Assembly (NCBI RefSeq): GCF_004010195.1
Contig: NC_057726.1
Coordinates: 69,885,468-69,949,467, forward strand
DNA length: 64,000 nucleotides
Origin: Chiloscyllium plagiosum
Lineage: Eukaryota
Reading direction: 5' to 3'
The position numbers and the translations under genes are program-made. Position 1 is the stretch's first letter. Each line of letters starts with the position of its first letter. The notes under the pieces are model-generated. The model searched no databases. It was given only the letters and a program-made list of their open reading frames with translations, and was not told the origin of the DNA. This document shows, piece after piece, positions 1 through 11,788 of this stretch.

Positions 1-1830
1 GACCTACCCTTGTTCTCGTCATTCTCATGTTTCTCACATACGCATAAAATGCCTTTGGGTTATCCTTGATCCTATCCGCCAGAGATTTTTCATGCCCTCT
101 CTTGGCTCTCCTAATCCCTTTCTTCAGGTCCCTTCTGGCTATCCTGTATCCCTCCACTGCTCTGTCTGAACCTTGTTTCCTCAACCTTATGTAAGCCTCT
201 TTCTTCCTCTTTACAAGACATTCAACCTCCCTCGTCAACCAAGGTTCCTTCACACGACCATTTCTTTCCTGCCTGACAGGTACATACATATCAAGGACTC
301 GTCGTTTCTGTTTCTTGAAAAAGTTCCACATTTCCATGACATCCTTCCCTGACAGCCTATGTGCCCAACTTATGCTCCTCAGATCCTGTCTTCCAGCATC
401 GTATTTACCCTTCCCCCAATTGTAAAACCTACCCTGTTGCACGCACCTATCTCTCTCCATTACCAAGGTGAAAGTCACAGAATTGTGGTCACCATCACCA
501 AAATGTTCACCCACTAACAAGCCCATCACTTGTCCCGGTTCGTTACCAAGTACCAAATCCAATATGGCCTCCCCTCCGATCGGGCAATCTACATACTGAG
601 TTAGAAAAGCTTCCTGTACACAGTGCACAAACACCGCCCCATCCAATCTACTTGATCTAAAGAGCTTCTAATCATTGTTTGGGAAGTTGAAATCACCCAT
701 GACTAGTACTCTGTGGCTTCTGCACCTTTCCAAAATCTGTTTCCCAATCTGTTTCTCCACATCTCTGCTGCTATTGGGGGGCCTATAGTAAACACCCAAC
801 AAGGTGACTTTAGCCCCATACTACCTCCAAAGGCAGATCCCCCTCGAACTGCCTTTCTGCAGCCGTTATACCATTTCTAATTAGCAACGCCAACGCCCCT
901 CCTTTTTTTTTACCACCCTCCCTAATCTTACTGAAACATCTGTAACCAGGAACCTCCAACAACCATTCCTGTCCCTCTTCTATCCACGTTTCTGTGATGG
1001 CCACAACATCGTAGACCCAGGTACCGATCCAAGCCTTAAGTTCACCCACCTTATTTCTGATACTTCTTGCATTGAAATATACACACTTGAGCCCATCTCT
1101 GTGTCCGCAAGTACTCCCTGTCAGTGCTACCTTCTCCACAGCCTCCCTACATTCTTGGACATCCTGCCAAAGAGCTAGCCTACTTGGTGGACTACAAGTC
1201 CGGATCCCATCCCCCTGCCAAATTAGTTTAACCCCCCCCCGAAGAGTGCTAGCAAACCTACCTCCCTGGATATTGGTGCCCTTCTGGTTCAGGTGCAACC
1301 CGTCCTGCTTGTACAGGTCCCACCTTCCCCAGAATGCAGTCCAATTGTCCAAATACCTGAAGCCCTCCCTCCTACACCATCCTTGCAGCCACGTGTTCAA
1401 CTGCACTCTCTCCCTATTCCTTGCCTCACTGTCACGTGGCACCGGCAACAACCCAGAGATGGCGACTCTGTCCGTCCTAGCTTTTAGCTTCCAGCCTAAC
1501 TCTCTGAGCTCCTTAATGACCTCCCCACCCCTCTTCCTACCTATGTCGTTGGTGCGAACGTGCACCACGACTTCTGGCTGCACACCCTCCCCCTTAAGGA
1601 TTCTGAAGACACGGTCCGAGCGTCTCGGATCCTGGCACCCGGGAGGCAACAAACCATCCGAGAGTCTCGCCCATGTCCACAGAACAGTCTGTCCGTCCGT
1701 CTAACTAAAGAGTCTCCTATATCTAGCGCGCTCCTCCTCTCCCCCTTTCCCTTCTGAGCCTCAGAGCCGGACCTCGTGCCAGAGACCCGGTCACTGCAGC
1801 TTACCCCTGCTAGGCCATTTGGAGACATTG
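1..1830 (-). mobile_element. CR1-clade LINE, 5' part: ORF1 SGNH/GDSL esterase domain followed by ORF2 APE endonuclease (frameshifted, runs off the window start)
   Basis: ORF 1541-1828 has IGDSLVRRTDRLFCG..MVCCLPGARIRD (esterase block I); ORF 810-1652 has VVVHVRTNDI, DGLHLN and then LKCVYFNARSIRNK..DVVAITETW (APE N-terminus); 1-540 is the reverse complement of the CR1 at 11790-12330. Confidence 0.9.
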
Positions 1831-2440
1831 TAGTGCATCTGTGACGGTGAGAGTTCGGTCGGTAGCATGCTTAGAGAGGTGGTTCCACCGCAGCTCAAGG
1901 GGCCATTGTAACAAAGTGAGGAGGTCACCACCAGAAAGAACAGGCAGGTAGTACAAGTGTCCCCTGGGTACCGATGCACAGAAAGGTATTCCATTCTGGA
2001 TGATGACATGGCTGCTTGTATCTCAGAGGAACACAACCAGTGACAAGTATTTGTCACCACCAATAGCTTGACTGCCCAGAGCGGGAGGAAGAAAAAAGGA
2101 AATGCAACAAAGATTCTTTAGTCAGAAGAGCAGACAGGCAATTCTGTGGCTGAAGGTGTGACATCAGAATGATGTACCTGCTCATTTGTGTCAGAGTCAG
2201 GGATATCACTGAATGGTTACAGTGCATCCTGAAAGGGGAAAGTGATGAGTTAGAAGTCTTCACACATGTTGGTACCAATGATATGGGCAAAGTGAGGAAC
2301 AAGGTCTTGCATTGAGAATTCAGGGAGCTAAGGAGCAGTTTAAAAAGAAGTAACTGAACTACAATGGCACCAATATGTCACAGGTAGGTTTGCTGGTGCT
2401 GTTGTGAAGAGCTTAATCTAGTCTGGCATGGGGAGGGGAC

Positions 2441-3092
2441 ACATAGAACATAGAACATAGAACAGTACAGCACAGAACAGGCCCTTCAGCCCACGATGTT
2501 GTGCCGACCACTGATCCTCATGTATGCACCCTCAAATTTCTGTGACCATATGTATGTCGAGGAGTCTCTTAAATGTCCCCAGTGATCCTGCCTCCACAAC
2601 TGCTGCTGGCAACGCATTCCATGCTCTCACAACTCTCTGTGTAAACAACCCGCCTCTGACATCCCCTCTACACTTTCCTCCAACCAGCTTAAAACTATGA
2701 CCCTTCGTTTTAGTCATTTCTGCCCTGGGAAATAGTCTCTGGCTATCGACTCTATCTATGCCTCTCATTACCTTGTATACCTCAATTAGGTCCCCTCTTC
2801 TCCTCCTTTTCTCCAATGAAAAAAGTCCGAGCTCAGTCAACCTTTCCTTATAAGATAAGCCCTCCAGTCCAGGCAGCATCCTGGTAAACCTCCTCTGAAC
2901 CCGCTCCAAAGCATCCACATCTTTCTTATAATAGGGCGACCAGAACTGGGCGCAGTATTCCAAGTGTGGTCTAACCAAAGTTTTATAGAGCTGCAACAAG
3001 ATCTCATGACTCTAAAACTCAATACCCCTGTTAATGAAAGCCAAAACACCATATGCTTTCTTAACAATCCTGTCCACTTGGGTGGCCATTTT
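2441..3092 (-). mobile_element. 5'-truncated CR1 LINE 3' end with (CTATGTT)n tail
   Basis: ORF 2532-2999 LYKTLVRPHLEYCAQFWSP..LERVQRRFTRM..RRRRGDLIEVYK; tail seen as acatagaacatagaacatagaac at 2441-2463. Confidence 0.92.
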
Positions 3093-3416
3093 AAGGGATA
3101 AATATTGACACAATATTGAAATAAAGACACATGCTAGAGCAAAGGAAGCAAGTTATAGTGGGTTTAGTATTGATTGTCAGGAGAGAAAGGATAGTCCTTA
3201 TTTTAATGCGAGGAGTGTAATAGGTAAGACTATTGAGTTGAAAGTGAGGTCTGCAGATGCTCCACAAGTAGCCGGCCTGTCTCCCCAATATAGAGGAGGC
3301 CACATCAGGTGCAGAGGATGCAATAGATAATGTTGTGGAGGTGCAGGTGAATCTGTGGCGGATATGGAAGTTTCCTTTGGGGCCTTGGAGGGAGGTGAGG
3401 GGGGGAGGTGTGGGCG

Positions 3417-4156
3417 NNNNNNNNNNNNNNNNNNNNNNNNNNNNNNNNNNNNNNNNNNNNNNNNNNNNNNNNNNNNNNNNNNNNNNNNNNNNNNNNNNNN
3501 NNNNNNNNNNNNNNNNNNNNNNNNNNNNNNNNNNNNNNNNNNNNNNNNNNNNNNNNNNNNNNNNNNNNNNNNNNNNNNNNNNNNNNNNNNNNNNNNNNNN
3601 NNNNNNNNNNNNNNNNNNNNNNNNNNNNNNNNNNNNNNNNNNNNNNNNNNNNNNNNNNNNNNNNNNNNNNNNNNNNNNNNNNNNNNNNNNNNNNNNNNNN
3701 NNNNNNNNNNNNNNNNNNNNNNNNNNNNNNNNNNNNNNNNNNNNNNNNNNNNNNNNNNNNNNNNNNNNNNNNNNNNNNNNNNNNNNNNNNNNNNNNNNNN
3801 NNNNNNNNNNNNNNNNNNNNNNNNNNNNNNNNNNNNNNNNNNNNNNNNNNNNNNNNNNNNNNNNNNNNNNNNNNNNNNNNNNNNNNNNNNNNNNNNNNNN
3901 NNNNNNNNNNNNNNNNNNNNNNNNNNNNNNNNNNNNNNNNNNNNNNNNNNNNNNNNNNNNNNNNNNNNNNNNNNNNNNNNNNNNNNNNNNNNNNNNNNNN
4001 NNNNNNNNNNNNNNNNNNNNNNNNNNNNNNNNNNNNNNNNNNNNNNNNNNNNNNNNNNNNNNNNNNNNNNNNNNNNNNNNNNNNNNNNNNNNNNNNNNNN
4101 NNNNNNNNNNNNNNNNNNNNNNNNNNNNNNNNNNNNNNNNNNNNNNNNNNNNNNNN
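3417..4156. other. Assembly gap (N run)
   Basis: Run of n. Confidence 1.
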
Positions 4157-4249
4157 CTTGACCTCTTTCCACCTATCACATTTCCGACGCCCCTCCCCCA
4201 AGTCCCTCCTCCCTATCTTTTATCTTAGCCTGCTGGACAAACTTTCCTC

Positions 4250-4285
4250 ATTCCTGAAGAAGGGCTTATGACCGAAACGTCGATT
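4250..4285 (+). ncRNA. Minimal type I hammerhead ribozyme motif in PLE terminus
   Basis: CTGAAGA-A-GGGC ttat GACC-GAA-ACGT-C: CUGANGA and GAAA core, stem II with one mismatch, palindromic ACGT stem III, GUC cleavage triplet. Confidence 0.65.
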
Positions 4286-4740
4286 CTCCTGTTCCCTGGA
4301 TGCTGCCTGACCTGCTGCGCTTTTCCAGCAACACATTTTCAAGACTGTTGAGTTAACAATGTAGATTGACACAAAGAAATATGATATTATTGCCATCACA
4401 GAAACATGGGTTGAAGGAAGGGCTGGACTGGCAAGTCAACATTCCAGAGTATTGTATCATGAGGCAAGACAGAAGAGAGTATAAAATGGGTGGCGGAGTA
4501 GTAGCATTAACAAAGGAGTCACTTACTGCAATAAAGAGAGATGAAAACTTTGAAGGGTCCTCAAATGAGGCTTTGGGCTTGAACTTACGAATTTTAAAGG
4601 GACAGCTACTTTAGTGGGAGTGTATTACAGGTTCCCAAAGAGTCAGTGGGAAATAGAGGAGCAAATATGCAGAGAGTTCACAGAGGTGTGGAAGAGTAAT
4701 AATCAGATATTTCTCCTCGAGATTTCAACTTGCCCAATAT

Positions 4741-5040
4741 GGGCACAATGGCTCAGTGGTGAGCACTGCTACCTCAGCACCAGGGACCCATCCTCGGTAG
4801 ACTGTCTGTATGGAGTTTATACATTCTTCTCGTGTCTGAGTGGGTTTCCTCCCAGGTGCTCCAGTCCAAAGATTAGGTGAATTGGCTATGATAAATTGTC
4901 CAGTGTTCAAGGATGTGTAGGTTACGTGTATTAGTCAGGGGTAAATGTAGAGTAATAGGGTTGGGGAGTGGATTATTCTTTAGATGGTCTGTGTGGACCT
5001 GGGCCGAAGGGCCCGTTTCCACACTATAGGGATTCTATAA
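4741..5040 (+). mobile_element. HE1-like V-SINE, diverged
   Basis: tRNA-like head gggcacaatggctcagtggt, V-domain remnant, tail gggccgaagggcccgtttccacact. Confidence 0.75.
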
Positions 5041-5138
5041 AAAGTGGCACAGTGATAGTGCCAAGCGTTTAGAGGGAATAGATTTCTTCAAATGTACCTC
5101 GGGGAATTTTTTGTATCAGTCCATACAAGGCCCAACAA

Positions 5139-6255
5139 GACATAGAACATAGAATATTACAGTGCAATACATGCCCTTTGGCCCTCTATGTTACACAAAC
5201 CTGTGGAAATATCTAAACCCACTATTCCATTTTCATCCACATGGTTATCCAATGACCATTTAAATTCTCCCAAAGTTGGCAATTTTACTACTGTTGCAGG
5301 CAGGGCGTTCCATGCTCCCACAACTGAGTAAAGAAACTACGTCTGACATCTGTCCTATATCTATCAGCCCATAATCTAAAGCTGTGTCCCCTCGTGCTAG
5401 CCATTACCATCTAAGGAAAAAGGCACACACTGTCCACCCCATCTAACCTTCTGATTATCTTCCATGTCTCAATTAAGTAACCTTCGAACATCCTTCTCTC
5501 GAACAAAAACAGCCTCACGTCCCTCAGCCTTCATACCTCTCTCATAAGACCTTCCCTCTATACTAGGCAACAACCAAATAAATCTCCTCTGAACCCCTTC
5601 CACATCCTTCTGACAATGCAGTGACCTTATCTGTACACAATACCCCAAGTGCGGCCACAACCGAGTTTTGTACATCTGCAGCATGATCTCATGGTTCTGA
5701 AACTTAATCCCTCTCCCAATAAAAGCTAACACGCCTTCTTATGCCTTCTTCACAATCCTCTTAACCTGTGTGGCAACTTTCAGGGATCTATATACATGAA
5801 TACCGAGATCTGTCTGCTCATCTACACTACCAAGACTCTTACCATTAGCCCAGTACTCTGCGTTACAGTTACATCTTCCAAAGTGAATCACCTCACACTT
5901 TTCTGCATTAACCTCTATTTGCCACTTCTCAGCCTAGCTCTGCAGTCTCTCTGTAACCTGTAATATCCTTCAGCACTATCTACAACTCCACCAACCTTAG
6001 TATCATATGTAAACTTACAAACACATCCCTCTATGCCCTCATCCAGGTCATTTATACAACTGACATACAGCAGTGGCCCCAAAACAGATCCTTGCGGTAG
6101 ACCACTCGTAACTGAAAACCAGAATGAACATTTCCCATTAGCCATCACCCTCTGTCTTATTTCAGCTAGTCAATTTCTGATCCAACCGCTAAAACACCCT
6201 CAATTGCATGCCTCCATATTTTTTGCAATAGCCTACCGTGGTGAAACTTATAAAA
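5139..6255 (-). mobile_element. CR1 LINE 3' half (RT C-terminus), decayed
   Basis: SVTSGLPQGSVLGPLLY..INDLDEG..KFTYDTK; tail catagaacatagaa. Confidence 0.88.
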
Positions 6256-6315
6256 TGGTGTGATGCTGGACCTGGTTCTGCAGAAAGAAGCTTGACAAAT
6301 TTTGGATGTGACAGT

Positions 6316-7691
6316 GGAGGAAACATTTCAACAACAAGGATCACATGGTATTGGTCAAATTTGTTCTGGGCAAGAATAAAGTTGACCTGCAAAAGCTGAC
6401 TTTGGATTGGGGGTGGGGGGCAGATTTCATTAAAATAATGTTAATTTATTTTTAAAAAGCGTTTCATCTTTCAATAAGTTCATTCTTGTTTCTTCTTATT
6501 TCTGAACTCCAACGAGTAAATACCCAATCTGCTTAATAGTCAAGTACAGTTGCAGAGAAACACATTAACAGCAGCGAGTACCATCAATACGGTAGACTGC
6601 AGCAATTCACAGTGGCATATATAGAAACGTACATAGAAGATAGGAGGAGCAGGAGGCCATTCAGCCCTTTGACCTTACTCCGCCATTCTTCACGATTGTG
6701 GCTGATCATCCAAGTCAATAGCCTAATCCTGCTTTCTCCCCATAACCTTTGATCCCATTTGCCCCAAGTGCTATATCTATCCTCCTCTTGAATGCATTCA
6801 ATATTTTGGCATCAACTGCTTCCCCCATGGTAGACTACTGCAAAAAATACGGAGGTATGGCATTGAGGGTGAGTTGGAGGTTTGGATTAGGAGTTGGCTG
6901 GCTGGAAGAAGACAGAGGGTAGTAGTTGATGGCAAATGTTCATCTTGGAGTGCCGTCACTAGCGGTGTTCCGCAAGGATCTGTTTTGGGACCATTGCTGT
7001 TTGTCATTTTTATAAATGACCTGGAGGAGGGGTTAGAAAGTTGGGTGAGTAAGTTTGCGGATGATACGAATGTCGGAGGAGTTGGAGACAGTGAGGAAGG
7101 ATGTGGCAGGTTACAGCAGGATATAGATAAGCTGCAGAACTGGGCAGAAAGGTGGCAAATGGAGTTCAATGTAGCTAAGTGTGGGAGGAAACATTTCAAC
7201 AACAAGGATCACATGGTATTGGTCAAATTTGTTCTGGGCAAGAATAAAGTTGACCTGCAAAAGCTGACTTTGGATTGGGGGTGGGGGGCAGATTTCATTA
7301 AAATAATGTTAATTTATTTTTAAAAAGCGTTTCATCTTTCAATAAGTTCATTCTTGTTTCTTCTTATTTCTGAACTCCAACGAGTAAATACCCAATCTGC
7401 TTAATAGTCAAGTACAGTTGCAGAGAAACACATTAACAGCAGCGAGTACCATCAATACGGTAGACTGCAGCAATTCACAGTGGCATATATAGAAACGTAC
7501 ATAGAAGATAGGAGGAGCAGGAGGCCATTCAGCCCTTTGACCTTGCTCCGCCATTCTTCACCATTGTGGCTGGTCATCCAAGTCAATAGCCTAATCCTGC
7601 TTTCTCCCCATAACCTTTGATCCCATTTGCCCCAAGTGCTATATCTATCCTCCTCTTGAATGCATTCAATATTTTGGCATCAACTGCTTCC
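6316..7691 (+). repeat. ~507 bp near-identical direct duplication (6316-6822, 7185-7691) enclosing a CR1 RT fragment (6823-7183, +)
   Basis: Both copies run ggaggaaacatttcaacaac...catcaactgcttcc; spacer encodes SGVPQGSVLGPLLF..FADDT. Confidence 0.9.
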
Positions 7692-8790
7692 TGTGGTAAT
7701 GAATTGCACAGATTCATCACTCTTAGGATGAAGAAATGCATCCTCATCTCTGTTAGAAATGGTCCATTGCAAATCCTCAGACTGTGACCTCTGGTTCTGG
7801 ATGCACCCTTTAGGGAAGCAAATCTGCCATCCTTACCTGGCTCTGCCTACATGTGACTCCAGACCCACAGCAATGTGGTTGACTCTCAACTGCCCTCTGG
7901 GCCATTAGGTGTGGGCAATAAATGTTGCCTAGCCAGCAATGTCCACATCCTGTAACAGAATAAACTTTTAAAAATCCATCATTGGGCACATCCTCCCAGC
8001 ATCTACCCTGTCTAGTCCCTTTAGAATTTTATACGCCTCTATGAGATCGCTCCTCATTCATCTGAACTCCAGCAAAAACAATCGTAATCTAGTTGATTTC
8101 TCCTCATATCAGTCCCACTGTCCCCAGAATCTGCCTGATAAATCGTTGCTGCACTCCCTCGAGAGTAAGAGCATCCTTCCTCAGAAAAGATGACCATAAC
8201 TGCAAACAATATTCTCGGTGTGACTTCACCAAGGCCCTGTATAAATACAGCAACACATCTCTGCTTCTGTACTTGAAACCTCTTGCAATCAAGGCGAGCA
8301 TACCATTTGCCTTCTTTACCACCTGCATGCTTACCTTCAACGACTGGTGCACGAAAACACTGCACAATCCCCTCTCTCATGTTACAGCCAGTCAGGTCGT
8401 AATCTACCTGCTTCCCTTTTCGACCTTTTGGTTTTGTCCTTGCTCCCTCCTTCTGACTCCTTACGTCATTCCCATCCACCTGACGTATTAGTTTAAAGCC
8501 GGCCCAACTGTTCAAGCAAACAGCCCCCAGGATATCAGTCCCAGTCCTTCCAAGTGTAACCCATACAATACGTACAGCACCCACCTTCCCTAGAACCTGT
8601 CCCAATGCCGCAGGAATCTGAAATCTTCTTGTTGACACCATCTTTTCAGCCACAAACTTATCTGATATATCCTGCCATTCCCATTCTGACTAGTACGTGG
8701 CGTTGGTAGTAATCCTGAAATCACTACCTTTGAGGTCCGATTTCTAAACTTTCTTCCAAGCTCCCTGCATTCTGCTTTTAGGACCTCATC
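7490..8790 (-). mobile_element. Decayed CR1 LINE, internally deleted (3' end joined to ORF1 esterase remnant)
   Basis: ORF 8104-8367 KKANGMLALIARG..LYRALVKSHREYC; 8490-8790 resembles the esterase region of 1240-1500. Confidence 0.75.
7810..7970 (+). mobile_element. DeuSINE (SacSINE1-like) 3' fragment
   Basis: Deu-domain-like aaatctgccatccttacctgg..ctacatgtgactccagacccacagcaatgtggttgactct plus tail gggcaataaatgttgcctagccagcaatgtccacatcc. Confidence 0.7.
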
Positions 8791-9249
8791 CTGTTTTTTA
8801 TTTACCTAGCTTCTTCAATAGCGCCTTAAAACTATGTGGCCTCTGTGAATGATAGGGGCAGCAGATACATGGAAACATGGAACTAAGGCACTGTTTCTTC
8901 AATGCCACTCTGTCCAATCCTAGACTTCACAAACTGTCAATTCTGTGGTCTACAAAGTGATACATAAAGCCAGATCACCACCGACCTCTCCATCGCAATT
9001 AGGGAAGTCAATAATTACTGAACATGAGAGTGAAGCCCCATCTCATGGAAGAACTTTTCATTCTTTGTTCCTCATAAGGCAATACATAAATTTTAAGAAT
9101 TAGCTGACTGAATACTTTCTAAACTGATGGCCACACATGCATATCCCACTTTCAATAAAGATGTCTAAACTCTTATTACATTAATTGCTCTGTACATTTC
9201 TAGAAGGTTCTCTCAAATTTTGCACTTTTCTCCTTCATAATCACATGAG

Positions 9250-10020
9250 AAATCACAAAACACCAGGTTATAGTTTGAAAGGGTTATTTGAAGTCATCAT
9301 CTTTCAACGAGTGAAGTGATGAAGGAACAATGTCTCATCTGATGAAGGAGCAGCGCTCCAAAAGCTTGTGATTTCAAATGAACCTATTGGTCTTGATATG
9401 GATCAGGCCAGACCCCTCAAATATTTTAAGATAGCTAAGACCCTAACTTTTGTTCATTTTAAAGGTCGATGAGAAAAGGATACTCAAGGACAAACCACTC
9501 AATATTTAGCAAAACAATTTATTTAAATACTATAGTTAAAACACAAACAAAGAGGAATTTGGAATAACTTAACTATCGGAAAACTTAACCAAACATTCAT
9601 TACAGTAATGGTTAATAATGAACTATTCGAAAACAGAAACATCCCATAAACACACGACTTGGCCAAAAGGTAAATCCAAACACTGATTCTGACAGGCAGG
9701 TTTCCAATTCAAGAGGGAACACCAAGAGATATATCAGAGAAAGTCCCAGTTAGGAATCATTTACTGAAGCTTGCAACCTTTCTGAGACTCAAACATCTTG
9801 TTATTGCTACAATCGAAAAATACTAGGAAGCCTAATCAGGGAGAATTTGCCATTCCCCTTCCCTTGTTCAACCTTTTAAAAATAAACCTGAAGGCCTCTT
9901 AACCTAGACACTGCATCACCTCTGCCTTTACAATCTCTCTTCAAAAAACCTAGGTCAGAATAACCATTGTAAAGTGACAGTATCATCACATAGTATAACC
10001 TGGTGTCATCTGACTACTGT
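9250..10020. mobile_element. Short fold-back PLE terminal remnant with hammerhead-like motif (9336-9370), interrupted by a ~600 bp insertion
   Basis: acaccaggttata at 9260 is inverted to tataacctggtgt at 9994; CTGATGA-A-GGAGC agc GCTCC-aAA-AGCT-T. Confidence 0.6.
9394..9990. mobile_element. Probable solo-LTR-like insertion
   Basis: TG...CA ends (tgatatggatc...tatcatcaca), noncoding, splits the PLE terminal motif cctgttggactataacctgg. Confidence 0.4.
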
Positions 10021-10897
10021 TACTCTTTTACCGTGAAATTAGGTCTCTCAATACAACAACATTCTGTTAAAAAGTGCTCCTTTATTTAAGGCTCTGTATT
10101 TTAATTCTTCCTACCCATCTGGACTACTACATATTTTTCCACAATGACAAGATTTGGGAGATCGAGTACAACTACTTCATTTGTCTCAACCTCGAAGCAG
10201 ACTTACAACAGGCTTTCTCATCATCTTGTATGTTCAGCAAATCTGATGAAAAGGTACTTGGCCACTTCATCCAAGACATTAAACATAAATCATAATTTGT
10301 TTAACTCTAATGCCTATCATAACGTTACAGAGATATACACCATGGAAACACCTTTCAGTTCAACCTGTCCATGCTGAACAGATATCCGAAATAAATCTAG
10401 CGCCATTTGCCAGCATTTGGCCTATATCCTTCTAAACCCTTCCTATTTTTATACCCATCCAGATGCCTTTTAAATGTTGTAAGTGTACCAGTCTTTCCCA
10501 TTTCCTCTGGCAATATACGCACCACCTCTGTGTGAAAACATTGCCCCTTGTGTCCCTTTTAATTCTTTCTGCTCTCACCATAAATCTGTGCTCTCTAGCT
10601 TTGGGCTTATCACTCCAGGGAAAAGACCTGGTTTATTTGCTCTATCCATCCCCTCACGACTTTAAAAATCTCTATTTGTTAAGTCACCCCTCAGCTTTTG
10701 ATGCCACAGGGAAAACATCCTCTCCTATATTGAGTCTGTCCTATAGCTCAAACACTATATTGGCAACATCCTTGCCAATCTTTTCTTAAGTTTCACAACA
10801 TTCTTCCTTTAGAAGGGAAATCAGAAATGGACACTGTATTTCTCGAGTAACCTAACCAACATCCTGTACAGCCACAACTTGACCTCCCAACTCCTAT

Positions 10898-11580
10898 GAG
10901 GAAAGTGAAGACTGCAGATGCTAGAGATCAGAATCAATGAGTGTGGTGCTGGAAAAGCACAACCGGTCAGGCAGTATCTGATGAGCAGGAAAGTCGATGT
11001 TTCAACATATACTCTTCATCAGCAATGAGGCTTCTGGCCCAAAGGGGCGAAGAGATAAATGGGAGGGAGTGGGTAGGTAGCTGGGAATACGATAGGTAGA
11101 TGAAGATGGGGGTGAATGTGATAGGTCAGCGAGGAAGGTGGAGTGGATAGATGGGAAGGAATATGGAAAGGTAGGACAGGTCAAGGGGGCGGTACTAAGT
11201 TGGAAGGCTGGATCTGGGATAAATTAAGGGGAGGCGAAATGAGGAAACTGGTGAAATCACGTTGTTCCCATGTGGCTTGAAGGTCCCAAGGCAGAAGATG
11301 AAGCAAACTTCCTCCAGATAACAGGTGGTTAGGGTTTAGTAGTGGAGGCAGTCCAGGATTTACATGTCCTTGGCGGAGTGGAGGGGGAGTTAAAGTGTTC
11401 AGCCACGGGGTGGTTGGGTTGTTTTGTGCGTGTGTGCTGGAGATATGCTCTGAAACGTTCCACAAGTTGGCGTCCTGTCTCCCCGACATAGAGGAGACCA
11501 CATCGAGAGTGACGGACACAATAGATGGCGTGTGTGGAAGTACAGGAACTACTCTGTTCAAGGCACAGACCAACAACAAC
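10898..11580 (-). mobile_element. Penelope-like element 3' part (GIY-YIG endonuclease and terminal repeat with decayed hammerhead at ~10992-11025)
   Basis: CTSTHAIYCVRHSRCGLLYVGETGRQLVERF..NHPVAEHFNSPS. Confidence 0.85.
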
Positions 11581-11788
11581 AAGCATAAAAAAATGTCGTC
11601 TTCACTATCCTATCCAACTGGGATTCCACTTTCAAGGAACTATGAACCTGTACTCCAAGGTCTCTTTGTTCAGAAACACGCCCCAGGACCTTACTTTTAA
11701 GTATATAAGTCCTGCCAACATTTGCCTTTGCAAAATATAGTACCTCACATTTATCTGAATTAAATTCCACCGACCACTTCTCAGCACC

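Larger units (their letters stand above)
3240..4340. mobile_element. Penelope-like element (PLE) with inverted termini, spanning an assembly gap
   Basis: Minus-strand remnant HRFTCTS..IIYCI..LYIGETGR (GIY-YIG); terminal repeat at 4157-4340 on +; flanked by near-duplicate aagact(a/g)ttgagtt at 3226-3239 and 4341-4354. Confidence 0.75.
1830..5140 (+). mobile_element. Older decayed CR1 LINE (ORF1 esterase and APE remnants) interrupted by younger insertions
   Basis: DSLVRRADRQFCG at ~2110, FNARSVIGK at ~3202, YDIIAITETW at ~4380, VGVYYRFP at ~4614; split by inserts at 2441, 3240 and 4741. Confidence 0.7.

Noticed and set aside
3091-4271. Six long ORFs of 268-362 aa
   Set aside because: Artefacts of translating through the N gap
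6316-7691. LTR retroelement (two long direct repeats around RT)
   Set aside because: RT is CR1 (non-LTR) type; no TG..CA ends, PBS or PPT; the repeat contains part of another LINE
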